Below are positions 55,401 through 61,400 of a stretch of DNA of 64,000 nt, piece by piece. The DNA is from Candidatus Omnitrophota bacterium (GTDB lineage Bacteria; Omnitrophota; Gorgyraeia; VGKN01): positions 12,522 to 76,521 of the forward strand of contig JAGVOB010000004.1 of the NCBI GenBank assembly GCA_020052955.1, written 5' to 3'. Each line of letters starts with the position of its first letter. Position 1 is the first letter of the stretch. The notes below the pieces were generated by a model. The model was not told the DNA's origin. It made no database searches and saw only the letters and a program-made list of their open reading frames with translations. Made by a program: the position numbers and the translations under genes.

Positions 55401-58400
55401 TGGGCTACTGAGGATAGTAAAAAACGGCAATCTTTGGAAACACGAATAAACGCCATAATGGATACCATAAACGTATACAAAGGCACAGAAGCATCTGAGC
55501 TTGAACTGGCTGATGTTCTGTCTTTGGATGAGTTCTTAGAAACCCCATATGCCCAAAGATACATAGAACTTGCAAAACATGCACTTCTATTTGGGCAGTA
55601 TATCCCGGAGTTTATATTTGCAGGTGCGGCAACAAGGCTTAATAAAAATTTAGAAGATTTAGGCTTACCTTCTACCGGTCCTATGTATCCATTAGATATC
55701 TGGAGTATTGCCGAAGAAGAAAAGATAGGTCTTATACCACCCAGCGGAGCACGCTTAAGACTTGGGATGGGGCCAAGACAGATTATCGCCTATAGGAGAT
55801 ACTTAGAGAACTTAGCCAGAGAGCAGGGTGTTAGTCCAAAGACAGTCCTTAAAAACCAAAGACTCGTCATCCATATAAACGATGAGATATTTGATATGGT
55901 CTTAGATGATTTTATCAAAAACGACTTTTATGGATTTAGTCCAGATAAGGTGTTCTTCATCAATGTAGACCTAAAATCAGGATATCTCCTTACTGAAGAG
56001 GGAAAACTCACCCCATCCAAAGATAGCCCAAAATTGCCCTATGGTCATGGCTATGCAAGTATGCAGATGGTAAAACCAGGCCTTGCCTTTACCATTGATA
56101 TATCGCAGCAATCTACAGATAGAAATAAACAACTCCGTTATCTTAAAGGAGATATGCTTAGTTATCTTATAGACCATGATGCGGCTTTAATTGGCACACA
56201 CAGGTTAAATGACCTAACCAAATTCACTCCAACTCAGGTTGTGGACATAGAAAAACTTGCCTTTGGTATGTATCTCATTGAACAAGGAAATGAGGTGATA
56301 GTGGATTCAGTTGAGAATCCGGAAAACCAGAAAGGCGGCCAGCTATTACAGAATAAGGATACAAGGAAGAAATTTCTTATAGAAGTTTCCAATTTTAGAG
56401 GAAGCCCGGGGCTTGATTCGTTGATTAAAAGAGGCGTAAATGTGCCATACAATGCCTTTAGACTCTTATATGACCTTAAAGCAGCAAAGAGGCTTCTTTT
56501 TCAGGGGATTTCTTATAATGTAAGATTTAAGGATGGTTACTTCTATTTAGAATCTGTAACAGGAGATGTTACCCAGCTTATAGATGCCAAAGTTGCAGGT
56601 ATTAAAAGACAAGGTGAGCTAATCCACGACTTCAAAGAACTCGATAATCTTAACGACGCACTTACATTCTTAGGGCAAAGCGATGAAGAGATTAGGGTTG
56701 GCAAACTGATAGAGTTTTTTGAAGAGGACGCGGTTAAGAAAATAATAAAGCGTCTTGGTGGAATGGAAGGAAGAGCAGTTATTCTTATAGGAGGAACTCC
56801 AGGCGCAGGCCTCAAATATTTTGCAAATGTAATACTTAATGAACTTGGAAAGAGAAATAGGCGCGCTAACATCCTTTCTGCTTATAATTATTATAAAGAC
56901 TGGACAGAGATGCCACACAGGAAAGATGGTACCCTTGATTTTGAATCGCCTCATAGCCTTGATATAGAGTTGTTGAGGTCACACGTTAAAGAACTGCTTA
57001 AAGGTAATACTGTGCAGATTCCTCAATATGACTTTACAGAAGGCAGAAGAACAGATATGACAACCAGCATAAGGCTTGAGGAGGGCGAGGTGTTGATTCT
57101 TGAGGCTATTCATGGTTTAAGCGATGAATTTTTAGCAATGGCAGAAGGTGTGCCTGTGGTTAAAGTGTTTGTTGATTCAGATGAAAACATTCGGCTCCTT
57201 CGCAGGATGGGTGAATATGCAAGTGAAAGAAAAATAGACCCTATAGTAACCATAGAAAGATGGGATCGGGTTAAAGAGGCCGAGGTTTCCTTTGCGAACC
57301 CCACAAGGCAGAAAGCAGAACTTGTTGTTAACACAGGAGATGTTGTGGAATTTAGGAAAAATGAAGTTTCCAAGATGCTTCCTGTTTTAAATAGTGCCTT
57401 GAACAGGGCTTTACAAGAGAACAAACACAGCGTTGCTGATAAGATTAAAGAACTCCAGCGATTCTTAAGCAGTCTGCCTATTGAGTCGATGGATAAATTA
57501 ATTAAGGCTGCAAGGTCAAAACTGGCTATGCACAAGAAACCGGTAGTTATTGCTATAGATGGCATACATGGAGTTGGAAAGACAAGCACTGCAGAATTAC
57601 TCGCAGGAATCATAGACGGAATTTACATATCCCTTGGCGAGATATACCGTGTGGTTACCTGGCTTGGGTTAGAATACGGTTTAGATATCCATAATCCAGA
57701 AGATATCGCAAAACTTAGAGGATTTTTATCGCAGATAACGACTCTTGAAAAAGACTATCACGTTAGGTTCATATGCGTCAAGGACGATGCACCTTTAGAC
57801 ATTACCGAAGAACTGTACACAGAGCGAATCAGCAAAAATGTGTCTGATTTTGCAGAATATATTCATAATGAAGTAATAGAGTTTTCTAGGGAAATTGTGG
57901 GAGCCCTCAAGAAAAGAGGTAAAAACGTGATAATTGAAGGACGGATTGCAGGCACTCACATCGCACCCGACGCCGATGCAAAAGTCTTCCTAAACGCAGA
58001 TTATATTACAACAGCCTCAAGAAGGGTAGAACAATATATACAAGAAGCCGATATCTCTGGGGAACCTATGATTTTCAAGACCTCATGGGAAAGGCTTATT
58101 GCAAAACTTAAGAAAGTATATTTTGAGGTATTTGGTCCTATGAGCGAAGAGGATTTTGAACACAGACTTACATTATATGGCTACGAGGGCCTAAAAAATG
58201 AATTACTGGCTGAAATAAACTTACGACTTAAAGCAAGAGACGAAAGAGACGAAAATCATATCGAACAATATATGCCCCCCGTAGATGCCAAAGTGACCCA
58301 GGATATAATAAGAGTTGACACAACTGAGCTAAATATAAATCTTGTTGCAGAACTTATACTGGAACTTTTGACAGATGTATTTGCAAAAAGAGTCTCCGGT

Positions 58401-61400
58401 CTTAGTCCGCCATTTAAAAAATTTGACAACTTCCTTGAATATTACAATTACCTGGTAGATGAGAGAATGCATTTTGCCCAAGAGCAGGGCTGGATTAAGA
58501 AAATAAATTGGCAGATTGAAGAAGCGGCAATGGATTATACGGGAAGACCGGCTCAGATAGAAGTTACAGGAGAATCAGCAGAAGGCCGTTCACAGGAAGC
58601 AAGAAAGATTTTAAGGTGGATATTCAAAACAAGTCAAACACGCTATGACTTTATAGAATATTTGAGGCATTATCAGGTAGGCCATACCTCGCGCAATAGG
58701 CTTACTCCGTTATATGTAGCAGTGTATAACTATCTTTCCGAAAGGCCGCTTAACGATAGAAGGGTTATGGATGAAAATCCCGGCCTATTTATAGATAATC
58801 TTACAATTAAAAGCCATCCCTGGTATGGAGATTATGATTTGGCTAAAGAAGGTTTTGAGCCTAAAGAAGATATTACTCTTCCTGTTCCTCAAAAAAGGAA
58901 GATAAGAATACTGCTTATTGGACATGCTGAGAAATTCGGACATCCAGAAACATCCTCAAGCACGCTGTTAAGGGAGATACTTAGCAGGCTCCCCGCAGAT
59001 AAATATGAGATTGAGATTGTAGCCAATGACGTTATTTATCAGGAAGTAATCCACGATTTTTCTGGGGATGGTTCTTATCAACGCAGGATAGGCTATCAAT
59101 TTGAGCAGGATGGCGAATTCTACGATACAGAGAAAGGCGTTAAGTTTGTAAAACTTGATATAAATAACCCTCGTCAAAATCTATTAAGCGAGGATTTTCA
59201 GCCAGATGGCAAGTATGATATTGTTATTAACTCAAGGCTCGCCGTTCAATATGGTGAATACGAGGAAAAAGTAAGCCAAATCAGAAAAAATTCTATGCAA
59301 TATTTAGCCGAAGGAGGAATTTTATTTTTTGATACAGAAACCACAGACCGCGCGGAAGTTATCCGGTTACAAGACGGAGTGTTCGTAGTACAAGAAAGGG
59401 TTATACCTTATCTTGATATATGGGCATATACGAAGAAGATAAAGCGGATTGTATTAGATGATAAAGGTACTCAGAGGGTAACAGATAAGCATAGAGATTT
59501 AATAGAAAGAGCATTTAGGCTGGCCGAAAGATATGCTGATATAAATACACCTATGTATGACAAGGCAGTAGTGGCAGACCTCTTGAGAAGGATAGACGAA
59601 GATTATCTTTTTATGCTCGCGGTTTTACTCTCAGGCGTCTCTATAGAAAAGATAAAAAAGCATTTTGACCCTGATATAGTTGAAAGACTTATCGCGATGA
59701 GAAAACATATGAAAGAGATTACGCCTGAGCCAGCTTCCCGTGTCGGGGAGTTTAATATCTTGCGCTCGAAATCCTGGTTTAATATCTCATTGGAAGGGCA
59801 AGCTATAGAAGACCTGAGACTTATCTATTCAGATGGAATATATGAAATTTACTTAGGCAGAATAGACAAAAGAGAGGTATTGTTAATAGATAAAAGATAT
59901 AAAGGTAAGTTTATAAGAAGAGCATTGTCAATTGAAGAACCTCGGTATACAGAAGACGAACAGATATTTAAAAAAGCTGTTGCTTATTATCTAGAATATG
60001 CATATCGGGAAGTTGGCGAGAGTGTTTTATCCAGTGCCCATAGAGCATGGCGCTTATACAATTCTTATAACTTGTCCGATAGAAGGCCAGGCCCATGGTC
60101 TAATACGTGGTTAAGATTTTATGTTGCAGCAGTTATTCTCCATCGTCTTAAAGTAGAATTGTATAATGATATTTTAAATATACTCTCACGGCTTGATAGC
60201 GGTCAGGCCGTAGATATCGCTAAAGAAACAAGAACTCTCTCGCAAAAGCATAAGCTGGCACAAGAAGAAATAGAAGAATTACAGGAGATGATTGTCTACG
60301 CCTTCAATCCCCAAAAAATTATGCATAGGATAAATACTAAAACATCGAGAAGAATGCTTAACAATTTATTTAACCGCATGAGCAAACCCAAAGGAAAATT
60401 TTCTAGTAAACAAAAAGAAGAGATTATGCGGCTTTTCCCTGCGCTTAATCAATTCTCCCCGGAGGCGTTAAATCATGTTATGAGAGTAATAGAATCTATA
60501 AGCAGGCTTGCTAAGGGGGATATCAAATACTTCGAAGATGGTCTTAGCGCTGAAGATAAAGCACTTATGGCAGAGGAAGGTCTTGAGCGCTATAGAGCAC
60601 ACATACAGGAACTTCATATGAGATATCGTAATCTTATGCAGACCAATCCAAGCAATAAGACAATATTATGGCTGGCAGTTATTTTTCATGATATTGGTTA
60701 TACCATATCCGGAAGTCATAGTCATAACCACCAGAGATTAGGAGTAGATATAGCAAGAAAGGCTTTAAGTGAGCTTGGGTATTTTGAAGAAGAAATCGAG
60801 TTAATTACCAAATTGATAGAAAATCATACAGCCACAGGAGAAGTCTCAATCGGAGAAAGGTCAGCGCGTTCGGCGTTAAAGATTCTTGAGGTAGAGGATG
60901 TGGATAGGCAACAAGATTTTGCCAATATGCTGTTAGTCCTTAACTCAATGGATCTGGCAGGATATGAGGAAGCAAGAAATAGGCTTAATCTGTTCTGGGT
61001 TGAAAGATATGTAGGTAACTCAAATATCGGTAGATTGAAAAATAAAGACTCCGATACTGAAAATTATATTGATAGATTAGAAAGGCTTACCTGCAGCCAT
61101 ATTATGGAAAAAGATAACCCGCAAAAACGCCAAATGATACACTCTGCAGTAGATAGTCTTATTGCATCGGATGAAATAGGATTATTCAAACGTCATTTTA
61201 ATAGCACGCTCGAAGTTCTTTTTATACTTCCTATTGTATTTTATTTGGCAGGAAATGACCCAACCTATAGGAGTTCAGTTAAGTTATTCCGCTTCTTGAC
61301 CCAGGCGGCTGAGCTCACCGGGCGCGAAGAAGGAAGAACTCCTATTATCTATGTGGATGAGAATTTAAGCACGATTCCAAAAGAGGAAAGAGAAGAGAAA

